Positions 40,985-51,319 are shown, counted from the stretch's first letter. The stretch: DNA of 64,000 nt from Spirochaetia bacterium (GCA_963666985.2 CAXXIA010000002.1:2656001-2720000); one strand, 5' to 3'. A program made the numbers and translations. Notes: generated by a model not told the origin, from the letters alone.

Positions 40985-41005
40985 TTTATTTATCCCTCCA
41001 AATTT

Positions 41006-42205
41006 TTATACAGCTTCAACGATAACCGCCTGACCCATTCCGCCTGCGATGCAGAGTGAGGCAAGCCCGTATTTTGAACCGCGGCGGCGCATTTCATGTA
41101 AAAGAGTTACGATGATTCTGGCGCCGGAGCTGCCCACAGGGTGCCCCAATGCGATCGCGCCGCCGTTTACGTTTGTAATTTCAGGATTCAAACCGAGTTC
41201 GCGAATACATCCGAGCGACTGCGCCGCAAAGGCTTCGTTCAGTTCGATCAGCTCGATTTGCTCCAGGCTAAGGCCTGTTTGCTCCAATACCTTTTTTATC
41301 GCGGGAACGGGGCCCAAACCCATGATTCTCGGATCAAGGGCGGCCGTCGCATGCCCTTTGATAACGGCCATCGGCTTCATGTTCAGCTCTTCGGCCTTTT
41401 CCTCGGACATCAGGATCAGGGCGGACGCGCCGTCGTTTCTGCCGGAGGCGTTGCCCGCCGTAACGGTTCCCGTACCGTCGGAACGGAATGCCGGTTTGAG
41501 GTTCGCGAGTTTTTCCAAAGAGGTTTCGCGGGGATATTCATCCACCTCGAATATGATCGGATCTTTTTTTCGTCCCTGGGGAACCGATACGGGGACGATT
41601 TCATCTTTAAATTTCCCCGCTTTGATCGCCTCGGCCGCACGCAGCTGAGAGGTGAGCGCGAATTGATCCTGATCTTCACGGCTGATGTTCATTTTTTCGG
41701 CGACGTTTTCCGCCGTGAGGCCCATATTGAACGAACCGTATATTTCTTCGGGCTGAGATTTAAACTGTCCTTCGGTAAGGGAATCGACAAACTGAGTGGT
41801 TCCGGTACCGACGCCGTAGCGGGCGTTTCTGACATAGAAAACGGCGTTCGACATACTTTCCGTACCGCCCGCCAGAACCACGTCGTTTTGCCCGCAGGCA
41901 ATGGACATCGCTCCGTTGACAACCGCCGTCATTCCCGATGCGCATTGACGCATAACCGTATATGCCGGAGTTTCTTCCGGGATTCCGCACCTCAGCGCCG
42001 CAATTCGTGCGATATTCGGATTATCGGAGCTTTGACGGCAGTGCCCCATGATGACTTCGTCGATTTCCTTAGGCGCGATTTTGCTGCGTTCCAAGGCGCC
42101 GCCGATGACGGCACATGCAAGCGCATCCGCGTCGAGGGGACGCAGGGAGCCGCCCATGCTTCCTACGGCGGTTCTGCATGCTTCGACTATAACGACTCTT
42201 TTCAA
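41006..42205 (-). CDS. Acetyl-CoA C-acetyltransferase (thiolase)
   Basis: [30 protein letters not shown] start with AAGGAGG RBS. Confidence 0.93.
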   Translation of the reverse strand: MKRVVIVEACRTAVGSMGGSLRPLDADALACAVIGGALERSKIAPKEIDEVIMGHCRQSSDNPNIARIAALRCGIPEETPAYTVMRQCASGMTAVVNGAMSIACGQNDVVLAGGTESMSNAVFYVRNARYGVGTGTTQFVDSLTEGQFKSQPEEIYGSFNMGLTAENVAEKMNISREDQDQFALTSQLRAAEAIKAGKFKDEIVPVSVPQGRKKDPIIFEVDEYPRETSLEKLANLKPAFRSDGTGTVTAGNASGRNDGASALILMSEEKAEELNMKPMAVIKGHATAALDPRIMGLGPVPAIKKVLEQTGLSLEQIELIELNEAFAAQSLGCIRELGLNPEITNVNGGAIALGHPVGSSGARIIVTLLHEMRRRGSKYGLASLCIAGGMGQAVIVEAV

Positions 42206-42241
42206 GAGTAAAACCTCCTTATTTTTCGTATCCTGCGAAAA

Positions 42242-42272
42242 AGTCTAAACTCTGTAATCGTTCAGGGGTCAA
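42242..42272 (-). promoter_or_regulatory. MerR-type promoter/operator (19-bp spacer), upstream of the thiolase operon
   Basis: Minus strand TTGACC-CCTGAACGATTACAGAGTT-TAGACT. Confidence 0.7.
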
Positions 42273-43162
42273 GCGTTGTTTGGAAAAAGTTCTTTTAATA
42301 CGTTCCTGAAAAGTTCTACCGCCGGGTTCGTATTGGCTTTATGCCATGCGACAACGTAAGTTCGCAGAGTATCTTCGCCCGGAATAGGAATGAAAACGAC
42401 ATTTTCAGCGTAGAATACTTTCCTTAACGCTTCGGGGACTATGGAAATACCCAACCCCGCGCCTACCGAAAGCAGTACGGCTTCGGCTCTGTCGTATCGG
42501 CAGCTGATTTTCGGTTTGTATCCTCTTGCTGAGCAAATGTCCGCGATCTGGTTGAAGAGCGCCGGACCGTCGGATTCGGAAACGGCAATAAAGCGTTCAT
42601 CGGCGAGTTTGGAGAAATCCAGCGGCCGCCTTGCCAGGGGATGGTCTTTATGAAAGGCCGCGCAGAGTTGATCCGTGTGGGTTTCTATAAAATCGAAAGT
42701 CTGCCCGGCCGGAATCATTTCCCGAACGGCGAAATGAAAATCGTATTTGTTTTCGTTCATGGCCAGAACCTGGCTGCGTCCCGATGTAAAGTTTATATCT
42801 ATTGTGATATCCGGATACCTGCCCGAATAAACCGAAAGACACCGCGATAAAATCGCGCTGGAGGTGGTTAGAGCCGCAATGGAAAGGCTTCCCTTGTAGC
42901 CTTTTTTCATTTGGCTGATTTGGAAAGCCGCCTTTTCCGAAAGTTCGATCATCTCCAAGGCATACGGCAAAAATCCGCGCCCCGATTCCGTTAAGGCGAC
43001 ACTGCGCCTGTCGCGGGTAAAGAGCTTGCTGCCGAGCTGTGCTTCGAGTTCGTTTATGTGATGACTGATGGCGGGCTGTGTTAGGCCGTGGCGGCGCGCC
43101 GCTTCGGTAAAGTTCAGGGTTTGTGAAACGGAAACAAAATATTTCAGCTGATTTATGTCCAT
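42269..43162 (-). CDS. LysR family transcriptional regulator
   Basis: QLKYF...NFTEAARRHGLTQPAISHHINELE; start at ATG 43162; divergent from the second Mo enzyme. Confidence 0.92.
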   Translation of the reverse strand: MDINQLKYFVSVSQTLNFTEAARRHGLTQPAISHHINELEAQLGSKLFTRDRRSVALTESGRGFLPYALEMIELSEKAAFQISQMKKGYKGSLSIAALTTSSAILSRCLSVYSGRYPDITIDINFTSGRSQVLAMNENKYDFHFAVREMIPAGQTFDFIETHTDQLCAAFHKDHPLARRPLDFSKLADERFIAVSESDGPALFNQIADICSARGYKPKISCRYDRAEAVLLSVGAGLGISIVPEALRKVFYAENVVFIPIPGEDTLRTYVVAWHKANTNPAVELFRNVLKELFPNNA

Positions 43163-43260
43163 GCCGACCGCCTTTTTCGCACGGGTGACGAATGGAATCC
43201 CCGCCGCCGTCCGAACTCTATTGTGAAAAAAAATATTTATCACGTCAATAAGGATATTTA

Positions 43261-43288
43261 TTGACAGCCCCTTTTTTCTCATGATAAT
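43261..43288 (+). promoter_or_regulatory. Putative sigma70 promoter
   Basis: TTGACA-16 nt-GATAAT upstream of the GGGAGG RBS and GTG 43325. Confidence 0.5.
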
Positions 43289-43324
43289 TAGTTATAAAGA
43301 TGACTTTCGCAGGGAGGTTTTCCC

Positions 43325-46057
43325 GTGAGTAAGAAATTTCCGCCTGATAAACAAAATATCATCAGCTTCAGTCTTATGGGCCCTGAAAGCGGCGGTCCTT
43401 GTCTTGTGGACTCGAACGACGGAGAAATTACACGAATCAGACCCTACTTTTATGACGAAGAGGTTCGGGAAACCTGTAATCCCTGGGAAATAAACGCGCG
43501 CGGAAAAACTTTTCGCGCTCCGAACCGCGTAACCATTACGCCCTTCGGACTCGGGTATAAATCAAGGGTGTATTCACCGAACAGAGTTAAGTACCCCTTG
43601 AAGCGTGTTGACTGGGATCCGAAAGGTGAGCGCAATCCTCAAAACAGAGGCAAGTCCAAATATGTGCGCATTTCCTGGGACGAGGCGGCGCAAATCGTGG
43701 CCGACGAGCTTGTCCGCATTAAAGAAACCTACGGCCCCGAGGCCGTATTGTGTCAGGCGGACATGCACGGTGAAGGGAAGAATGTGTCTCCCAGTCACGG
43801 CTGTCCCAACCGGCTTTTGTCCCTGATGGGCGGCTATACCCTGCAAATGCGAAACATGGACAGCTGGGAAGGCTGGTTTTGGGGGGCAAAGCATGTTTGG
43901 GGCTGTGAACCCGTCGGGGAAATGGCGCCGCAGGCCAACCTTTTTCCCGATATCGCCAAGCATGCGGATCTGCTGCTGTTTTGGGGCTGCGACCCCGAAA
44001 CGACACCGCTGGGAGTTGTGAGTCATCTGCCCAGCCGTCTTTGCTACTGGCTTTCCGAAATCGGGCTCAAAAGCGTGTATGTCTGTCCGGATTTGAATTA
44101 CGGCGCGGCGGTACACGCCGATAAATGGATCCCCATTTTGCCGAACACCGATGTGGCGCTGCAGCTGGCAATCGCCTACATCTGGATAACCGAAGACTCC
44201 TACGACAAAGAATACATCGCTTCTCACGCTTACGGCTTTGAGAAGTTTAAGGATTACGTTTTGGGAGTTGAAGACGGTGTGCCGAAAAGCCCCGAATGGG
44301 CAAGCGAAAAGTGCGGAGTCGCCGAGTGGACGATAAAAGCGCTTGCTCGTGACTGGGCCAAGAAAACCGCAAGCATCCTGCACGGCAACGGCGGTCCCTA
44401 CATCAGAGGTCCGTATTCCACCGAGCCGGCCAGACTGGAAATTATGCTCCTGGGCATGCGCGGTTTGGGAAAACCGGGTGTTCATCAGGCGAAGATGATT
44501 GAATGGAATTTGTGGAACAAGGATTATCCCGTTCCGTTTCAAGGGGAGTTCGTTCCCAAAATGCCCCATATCTGCGATGCGCTTCGCCCTGTTGACGGTG
44601 ATGTTGATCCCGGTATCAACATGAAGCGTTTCGTTCTGTCGCCCGACCAGGAAAAACGTGCTCCCGAGCTGAAAGAACTGTTCCGCCAGCATCCCGCACC
44701 CCAGCAGTTTATTCCGAGAACCCTGATTCATAAGGCGATTCTGGAGGGTCATGCCGAATGGTACGGTCTGCAGTGCTTCAGTTCGAGTCAGCAGCCCGAC
44801 AAGAATAATTACCGAAAGCCCACCTCGGAGTATCAGTTCGAAAAAATCGTGTATCCCCGGGAGGGTTTATCCAAACTGCATATGATGTGGACCGATGCTC
44901 CCTGTCAGGTTACCTGCTGGAATCACGGCAATCTTATGATGGAGGCCATGCAGCATCCCGATATTGAGTGCATCGTCGCACAGCATCCCTGGCTTGAAAA
45001 CGACTGCTACTTCGCCGATATCATTTTTCCGGTCGCGACCAAGCATGAGCTGAACGACCTGGGCAACGATATGAGCAGCGGCGCCTTTACCTCCATATAC
45101 CTTGAAGAGCCTTGCTGCGAACCGGTCGGTGAGTCCGTATCCGATTTCGATGTGTGCGCACGGGTCGCCGAGAAGCTGGGCAGGGAGTACTACGATGCGT
45201 ATACGGGAAACCTTACCGAGGAGGAGCGGGTACGATTCTTTTACGCCGCCACGGGCTGTGAGGATTATATGTCCTGGGAGGAATTCCGGAAAAAGAAAAT
45301 CTATGTAATCCCCTGCAAAACCAATACGGAAGAACTCCCGGCGGGGCTTCTGGGTTTTTATAAGGACCCTGAGAACAACCCGCTCCAAACGCCGACGGGG
45401 CTCTTGGAATTTACCTCCACCGCGATTGAAAAGCATATGCCCGACGATCCCGAGCGCGGCCCCATACCCAAATGGATTGAAGCGGGGGAAAGCCATGATG
45501 AGCGGCTTTCCAGTAAACGGGCAGAAAAATATCCGCTGCTGTGCATGTCGAATCACGGACGCTGGAGAATGCACGCGCAATGCGACGACATTGTTTGGAA
45601 CCGCGAAGTGGAGACCATGAAAATCCGTGCGAAGGACGGCTATCAATACGAACCTGTCTGGCTGCATACAAGCGAGGCCGCTAAACGCGGTATTTCCCAT
45701 GGCGATATTGTAAAAGTGTTCAATGAGCGGGGCATTGTTCTCTGCGGGGCGTATGTTACCGAGCGCCTCGTGCCCCATACCTGCTATGTGGACCACGGCG
45801 CGCGTCTTGATCCGATTATTACCGGCAAGCTTGACAGGGGAGGGTGCATTAACAGCATCACGCCCACCTCGCAAACCTCAAAAAAGGCTTCGGGGATGGC
45901 CGTCAGCGGATTTTTGGTTGAAATCGAACGGGTAACGGACGAAGAAATGGACGGCTGGAAGCGTGATTATCCGGAAGCCTTCGCCCGGAAGATCGATGAA
46001 GCGGCGGGTGTGTGTCTCGCGGGCTGGCTTATGGGTGAAGACGAAGAGGTGATGTAA
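43325..46057 (+). CDS. Mo-bisPGD enzyme, divergent transhydroxylase/aromatic hydroxylase-family alpha subunit
   Basis: GGPCLV, WDPKGERNPQNRG, NMDSWEGW, SNHGRWRMH, DRGGCINSIT. Confidence 0.85.
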   Translation: MSKKFPPDKQNIISFSLMGPESGGPCLVDSNDGEITRIRPYFYDEEVRETCNPWEINARGKTFRAPNRVTITPFGLGYKSRVYSPNRVKYPLKRVDWDPKGERNPQNRGKSKYVRISWDEAAQIVADELVRIKETYGPEAVLCQADMHGEGKNVSPSHGCPNRLLSLMGGYTLQMRNMDSWEGWFWGAKHVWGCEPVGEMAPQANLFPDIAKHADLLLFWGCDPETTPLGVVSHLPSRLCYWLSEIGLKSVYVCPDLNYGAAVHADKWIPILPNTDVALQLAIAYIWITEDSYDKEYIASHAYGFEKFKDYVLGVEDGVPKSPEWASEKCGVAEWTIKALARDWAKKTASILHGNGGPYIRGPYSTEPARLEIMLLGMRGLGKPGVHQAKMIEWNLWNKDYPVPFQGEFVPKMPHICDALRPVDGDVDPGINMKRFVLSPDQEKRAPELKELFRQHPAPQQFIPRTLIHKAILEGHAEWYGLQCFSSSQQPDKNNYRKPTSEYQFEKIVYPREGLSKLHMMWTDAPCQVTCWNHGNLMMEAMQHPDIECIVAQHPWLENDCYFADIIFPVATKHELNDLGNDMSSGAFTSIYLEEPCCEPVGESVSDFDVCARVAEKLGREYYDAYTGNLTEEERVRFFYAATGCEDYMSWEEFRKKKIYVIPCKTNTEELPAGLLGFYKDPENNPLQTPTGLLEFTSTAIEKHMPDDPERGPIPKWIEAGESHDERLSSKRAEKYPLLCMSNHGRWRMHAQCDDIVWNREVETMKIRAKDGYQYEPVWLHTSEAAKRGISHGDIVKVFNERGIVLCGAYVTERLVPHTCYVDHGARLDPIITGKLDRGGCINSITPTSQTSKKASGMAVSGFLVEIERVTDEEMDGWKRDYPEAFARKIDEAAGVCLAGWLMGEDEEVM

Positions 46058-46060
46058 ACA

Positions 46061-46876
46061 ATGGCTAAAGCATTTGTTATCGATGTCGCGCGCTGCAGCG
46101 GCTGTTTTAATTGTCAGCTTGCCTGCAAGGACGAGCACGCCGGGAACGATTGGGCGCCGTACGCGGCCGCACAGCCGGAAATCGGCCAGTTTTGGCTGAA
46201 ACTTCAGGAGAATGTTCAAGGCACCATCCCTAAGGTGAAAATCCACTATATCGCGAAGCTTTGTAACCACTGTGAGAAAGCCTCCTGCATCGGCGCCTGT
46301 CCGAATGACGCGATCTACCGGAGGAAGGACGGTCTTATTATCATCAATCCCGACAAATGCACCGGCTGCAGGGCCTGCATTTCCGCCTGTCCTTATAATG
46401 CGATTTACTTTAATGAGCAAAAACAGCTGGCTCAAAAGTGCACCGGCTGCGCCCACCTTCTGGATAACGGCTACAGTACGCCCCGCTGTGTCGAGGCCTG
46501 TCCTACCGACGCCATGGTTTTCGGAGAGGAAGAGGATCTGGCGGATTTAATCGAAGGCGCCGCCGTCATGTCTCCGGAAACGGGTCTGCACCCCAGGGTC
46601 TATTACCGCAACATTCCGCTGAAATTTATTGCGGGCACGGTATACGACCCCGTTGAAAAAGAGGTTGTTATCGGCGCTTCGTGCAGATTGAATTCGGGAG
46701 GGAAGCGCTGGCATACCGTTACCGATGAATACGGCGACTTTTGGTTTGAGGATTTGCCGGTGGGGCTTTACGACCTTGTTATTTCCCATGACGGTTTTGA
46801 ACCGGCCGTTTTTAACAGCCTGAAAACCGGAGCGGCGATAAATCTCGGAGATATACCTCTTCGGAAAAAAGAGTAA
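46061..46876 (+). CDS. Fe-S beta subunit (four [4Fe-4S]) with C-terminal beta-sandwich domain
   Basis: CSGCFNCQLAC, CNHCEKASCIGACP, CTGCRACISACP, CTGC...RCVEACP. Confidence 0.88.
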   Translation: MAKAFVIDVARCSGCFNCQLACKDEHAGNDWAPYAAAQPEIGQFWLKLQENVQGTIPKVKIHYIAKLCNHCEKASCIGACPNDAIYRRKDGLIIINPDKCTGCRACISACPYNAIYFNEQKQLAQKCTGCAHLLDNGYSTPRCVEACPTDAMVFGEEEDLADLIEGAAVMSPETGLHPRVYYRNIPLKFIAGTVYDPVEKEVVIGASCRLNSGGKRWHTVTDEYGDFWFEDLPVGLYDLVISHDGFEPAVFNSLKTGAAINLGDIPLRKKE

Positions 46877-46926
46877 GATCCTTTTCTCGGCGGAGTGTCT
46901 TCCTGAAAAACGATAATAAAAGCCTT

Positions 46927-47733
46927 CTATTTAATGGGAATCCAAACTTCGAAGAAGCCTGTTAATTCACCATCCTCGACAACGCTGCAAATAAGGCATC
47001 CCCGGGCGTTGCCGCAAATTTCCAGGTTGTTCTTTTTCGCATAATCAATCATGTAATCAATAAGAGTAGGGGAAAAATTTGCCTTCCCTGAGCTTGTAAA
47101 TACCGAATGCAGGCTCTTTTCCGCCGGGAGATGGACTACCGGCGGTTTTATTTCCACATTGAATTCTTTCACGTACTTCATGTCCAGGGAAAAACCCCAA
47201 TGATAGTCCCGTTTTCCTCCATCGGAACCATCGGGTACATCAATCTCAAAGGATCGGTGGGTAAAAGGAATGTATTCAAGCCAGCGGTGTCCCAGTTTAT
47301 GCATCGCTTCACTGTTAACGTATTCATCGTTATGACGATTTAAATACCGAACTGTTTCATGACTGTTTTGAATATCACATTTCAACAGGAATTCTTTTGC
47401 TTGCAGTATTTCCTTTTTATATTTCCTGGCCCGTTCCAGCAAAAGTTCATTATTACGAATGGCCGCTTTTAATTCTTCTTCTTTATCTTCAATGTGGCGC
47501 AGGATATCTTGGGATGTGTATTCTCTGACCATGCCCGCAATCTGTCCGATTGAAAAACCGAAGTTTTTGAACCAAATACAGTCAAGCAGGAAGTTGATAT
47601 CCCAGGCATCGTAGTAACGATAATCGGTATATTTATCCTTTTCGGGTGTAACAACCCCTTTTTTCTCGTAATACCTGAGCAGATCGGGGGAAAGATCGAG
47701 AATTTTGCCTACATCACCGATTTTGTATTTCAT
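46927..47733 (-). CDS. MerR family transcriptional regulator
   Basis: YKIGDVGKILDLSPDLLRYYEKKG...YRYY; C-terminal effector domain; start at ATG 47733. Confidence 0.92.
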   Translation of the reverse strand: MKYKIGDVGKILDLSPDLLRYYEKKGVVTPEKDKYTDYRYYDAWDINFLLDCIWFKNFGFSIGQIAGMVREYTSQDILRHIEDKEEELKAAIRNNELLLERARKYKKEILQAKEFLLKCDIQNSHETVRYLNRHNDEYVNSEAMHKLGHRWLEYIPFTHRSFEIDVPDGSDGGKRDYHWGFSLDMKYVKEFNVEIKPPVVHLPAEKSLHSVFTSSGKANFSPTLIDYMIDYAKKNNLEICGNARGCLICSVVEDGELTGFFEVWIPIK

Positions 47734-48063
47734 AACAATAATTATTACCGTCCGGGCAGGATAATTATATAAAAAAATATATAAAAGGAAGAATAAAAAG
47801 TCCACGCATTGCCTCACGGGGGTAGGTTCGCCGGGAGGGAGAGTCGGCAGAATCGGCCTGCCCGGGTGGCGTGCTCCCCGATAACGGCCGGAACGATGTG
47901 CTCTCCTTCCGCCCAGGCTCTCAATCCGCTGCCATGAATATTTTCTTTAAGAGAACAGGTTCCCAAAAGGACCGATAAGGCCGCCTTATAGCCGCCATCC
48001 GATGTTTCCCGCCATGGATTGAGAACCCGGAAGATCGTCTGAAAAAACGCCGATATTAATTCC

Positions 48064-48094
48064 TTGACCTTAGAACAATCCCAGAGTTTACCAT
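48064..48094 (+). promoter_or_regulatory. MerR-type promoter/operator (19-bp spacer), upstream of the cyclase operon
   Basis: TTGACC-TTAGAACAATCCCAGAGTT-TACCAT, divergent from merR. Confidence 0.75.
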
Positions 48095-48127
48095 GATTTT
48101 AAATCAGATATTTGGAGGTATCTTCCT

Positions 48128-49015
48128 ATGGCCTATATGCCGCTTGATAAAAGCAAAATGTATCTTGATCGCAGCAAAATGACCAGGATTTACGATTTGA
48201 GTCAGCCTTGGGGCGTGGACACCCCCCTCTGGCCTTTCCCCGGCCCTCGTCAGGATTTACAGTTTCCACGAGGTCAGTACCTCGGACGTTTTCACAAACG
48301 GACATTCACTTACACGGGTACGCTTCATGCCGGTACCCATATGGACGCTCCCAACCATGTTCTCCATGAGGAAGAGTGCGACCGTGAGCGGAACGGATAC
48401 ACCCTGGCCGAGATTCCTCTGGAGTATGCCATCGGAACAGGTGTTATTCTCGACATGCGCCACTTGCAGAAAGAGTTTGAAGAAACATGGGTTACGGGTT
48501 TTGAAAAGGGCCTTTGGCGTATCATCACTCCTGAAGATGTTGAGAAGGCGTGTGCTAAGGACGGCCTTGAAATCCGTGAAAACGACTGGGTGGTTATCAA
48601 CACGGGCTTCCATAAATATTGGAGAACGAACAACGACAAGTATTACAACTACTATCCGGGTATGGGCCCTGAATTGGCGAAATATCTTGTCCATGAGAAG
48701 AAAATAAAAGGCATTACCGGTACATGGGGCGCAACCGACGCACCTTTATGGCACTGTCCGCTTTCGGAGCAGATGCCCTGGCTTGATAAAGCGTATCGAA
48801 AAGCTTACGGCACGGATCCGGCGCTTGAGTATCCGGATTATGAACCTTGTCACCGCATTTACATGCAGGCGGGCGTGTGCACGGTGGAGAATGCCGGCGG
48901 TGAAATCGATACGGTTACCGGTAAGCGTATGATTATCGCGGCGTTTCCTTTCCGCTGTGAAATAGCCGACGGCGGGTTTGTTCGTCTTGCCGCTTGGGAT
49001 GAGGGGTCTTTTTAA
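48128..49015 (+). CDS. Cyclase-family metallohydrolase, candidate dihydrophloroglucinol cyclohydrolase
   Basis: HAGTHMDAPNH (HxGTHxDxPxH), VINTG, H...VEN. Confidence 0.85.
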   Translation: MAYMPLDKSKMYLDRSKMTRIYDLSQPWGVDTPLWPFPGPRQDLQFPRGQYLGRFHKRTFTYTGTLHAGTHMDAPNHVLHEEECDRERNGYTLAEIPLEYAIGTGVILDMRHLQKEFEETWVTGFEKGLWRIITPEDVEKACAKDGLEIRENDWVVINTGFHKYWRTNNDKYYNYYPGMGPELAKYLVHEKKIKGITGTWGATDAPLWHCPLSEQMPWLDKAYRKAYGTDPALEYPDYEPCHRIYMQAGVCTVENAGGEIDTVTGKRMIIAAFPFRCEIADGGFVRLAAWDEGSF

Positions 49016-49977
49016 TGAACTCTCTTAGCGATATCCAAAAAATCGCTGTTCTCGGGGCCGGTACCATGGGCCCCGGAATCGCACAGATTTTTGCCATCGG
49101 CGGTTATCCGGTCACAATGTGGACAAGAAGTGAAGCCACAAGAGAAAAGGCGAAAGAAACACTCTATAAGAGTCTTAAAACTTTTGCCGAAGAGGATTTA
49201 ATCCCCGCCGATAAGGTTGAGGAAGTTTTTGCCCGAGTCGATTTTGCACTTACCGTGGAAGAGGCCGTTAAAGGTGCCGATTTCATTATGGAAACAATCG
49301 TTGAGAACAAAGACGCCAAATCCCAGCTTTTCGCTCAGCTTGATCAATGCATCGGCGACGATTGCATCATCGCATCGAACACATCGGGGCTGAACATCTT
49401 CGAAATCGTTCCCGAAAACCGCCTGAAGCAAATGATGATCGCCCATTGGTACGCTCCCGCTCAGCTCATCCCTCTGGTCGAGGTTGTGAAGAGCGAACAG
49501 GCACCCGAGGCTTATGCATCCATTACCGTGGACTTGCTTGAAAAATGCGGTAAAACCGCGGTGCTTATGAAAAAGTTCATTCGCGGCTATATCGCGAACA
49601 GAATGCAGATGTGTCTGAATCAGGAACTCTTTTATCTTCTTGACAACGGCTACTGCTCCGCGGAGGACGTTGATAAAGCGGTCAAAGCAAGCTTTATTCC
49701 CCGTGCCGTTGTTCTGGGATTGTGCAAGCGTGCCGATTTCGGCGGACTTGATATGACCGCCAACAACTATAAAAACAAGAGCTACACCATGCCTCCGGAA
49801 GTGGATATGCCCAAAACCTTGGCGGATCATATCGAGAAAGGTGAATTGGGACTTAAAACGGGCAAAGGATTCTACGACTACGGCAATGTTGATAAACAGG
49901 CTCTCTTGGCAAAGCGGGACAAGCAGCTTTTTGAGATTTTCAAGGTTGCTAAGAAATTCATGGACGACCCGGTGTAA
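49015..49977 (+). CDS. 3-hydroxyacyl-CoA dehydrogenase-family protein, candidate 3-hydroxy-5-oxohexanoate dehydrogenase
   Basis: GAGTMG, ASNTS, HWYAP, GYIANR, LGLKTGKGFY. Confidence 0.85.
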   Translation: MNSLSDIQKIAVLGAGTMGPGIAQIFAIGGYPVTMWTRSEATREKAKETLYKSLKTFAEEDLIPADKVEEVFARVDFALTVEEAVKGADFIMETIVENKDAKSQLFAQLDQCIGDDCIIASNTSGLNIFEIVPENRLKQMMIAHWYAPAQLIPLVEVVKSEQAPEAYASITVDLLEKCGKTAVLMKKFIRGYIANRMQMCLNQELFYLLDNGYCSAEDVDKAVKASFIPRAVVLGLCKRADFGGLDMTANNYKNKSYTMPPEVDMPKTLADHIEKGELGLKTGKGFYDYGNVDKQALLAKRDKQLFEIFKVAKKFMDDPV

Positions 49978-49995
49978 TTCAAAGGAGAAAAGGCA

Positions 49996-50652
49996 ATGTC
50001 AATGAACAAAGAAGCGGCACTTCAGGAGGTGCTGGCCCGATTTAAAGACGGACAAACCATTATGTGTGCCGGTTTTACCAACGTCGGTTCCGCCAACAAA
50101 TTGATCAAAGCCGTCTCGGATGCCGGTTTTAAAGATTTGAATATCATCGCAAACGATGCCGGTAACGACAAGCAAGACGGTATCGGCACATTCATCTGCC
50201 GAAAACAGGCTCAATCGCTCACGGCAAGCCATGTCGGTCTTAATCCTAAGGTCGCGGAACAAATGAACGAAGGAACTTTGAAAGTAACCTTGGTTCCTCA
50301 AGGAACTCTCGCCGAGCGTATTCGCTGCGGCGGATACGGTCTGGGGGGTGTTTTGACGCCCACGGGCGTCGGTACCGTTGTGGAAGAAGGCAAGCAAGTG
50401 ATTGAACGTGACGGGAAGAAATATCTGCTTGAAACGCCTCTGCGCGCCGAAATCGCACTGATTAAGGCATGGAAGGCCGACAGAAACGGCAACCTCGTTT
50501 ATCGGCGGGCGGCACGGAATTTCAATCCGGTTATGGCGACGGCGGCCGATTTCGTTATTGCCGAGGTGGAAGAAATTGTCGAAACCGGTGAGATCGATCC
50601 CGATGCGGTCATGACTCCGGGAATCTGTGTCGACATGATCGTCAAGCTCTAA
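49996..50652 (+). CDS. atoD: 3-oxoacid CoA-transferase subunit A
   Basis: PQGTLAERIR, ARNFNPVMATAA. Confidence 0.88.
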   Translation: MSMNKEAALQEVLARFKDGQTIMCAGFTNVGSANKLIKAVSDAGFKDLNIIANDAGNDKQDGIGTFICRKQAQSLTASHVGLNPKVAEQMNEGTLKVTLVPQGTLAERIRCGGYGLGGVLTPTGVGTVVEEGKQVIERDGKKYLLETPLRAEIALIKAWKADRNGNLVYRRAARNFNPVMATAADFVIAEVEEIVETGEIDPDAVMTPGICVDMIVKL

Positions 50653-50665
50653 GGAGGAGCGTCGA

Positions 50666-51304
50666 ATGACAGGCAGAGAATATATTGTTTCGCGGGCGGC
50701 GAAGTTTTTCAAAGACGGCGACGTCGTCAACCTGGGCATCGGTATGCCCACGCAGGTCGCAAATTATCTCCCCGAGAATGTGCACATTATCCTTCAGTCG
50801 GAAAACGGCTTTATCGGAATCGGCGCCACTCCTTCCGAAGACGAATGGGATCATGATGTTGTAAACGCGGGCGGACAGCCGTCATCAATCGTGGCCGGCG
50901 GCTGCACGTTCGACAGCGCGACAAGCTTCGGCCTTATTCGCGGCGGACACGTGGATGCTACGGTTTTGGGCGCGCTGGAGGTTGATCAGGAGGGTAATCT
51001 GGCAAACTGGATTATCCCGGGCGTCAGAGTTCCCGGTATGGGCGGCGGCATGGATCTGGTCGTCGGCTCAAACCTTGTCATCATAACCATGGAACACTGC
51101 ACCAAGAAGGGTGAGTCCAAGATTCTCAAGAAGTGCACGCTTCCTTTAACGGCCGCGGGCCAAGTCGACTATATCGTTACGGATATGGGCGTTTTTCACT
51201 GTACGGATAAGGGCCTTGTTCTTGAAGAGCTCGCTCCCGGTGTAACGGTAGATGATGTTAAGGCGAAAACAGAAGCCGATTTGATTCTATCGGACAGTCT
51301 TTAA
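50666..51304 (+). CDS. atoA: 3-oxoacid CoA-transferase subunit B
   Basis: NLGIGMP, QSENG (catalytic Glu), PGMGGGMDL. Confidence 0.88.
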   Translation: MTGREYIVSRAAKFFKDGDVVNLGIGMPTQVANYLPENVHIILQSENGFIGIGATPSEDEWDHDVVNAGGQPSSIVAGGCTFDSATSFGLIRGGHVDATVLGALEVDQEGNLANWIIPGVRVPGMGGGMDLVVGSNLVIITMEHCTKKGESKILKKCTLPLTAAGQVDYIVTDMGVFHCTDKGLVLEELAPGVTVDDVKAKTEADLILSDSL

Positions 51305-51319
51305 GAAGAGGTTAGGAAC

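Noticed and set aside
31667..44752. Long antisense ORFs (31667-32827, 33786-34871, 41141-42211, 43574-44752)
   Set aside because: Shadow frames opposite well-supported genes in GC-rich coding DNA, with no motifs.
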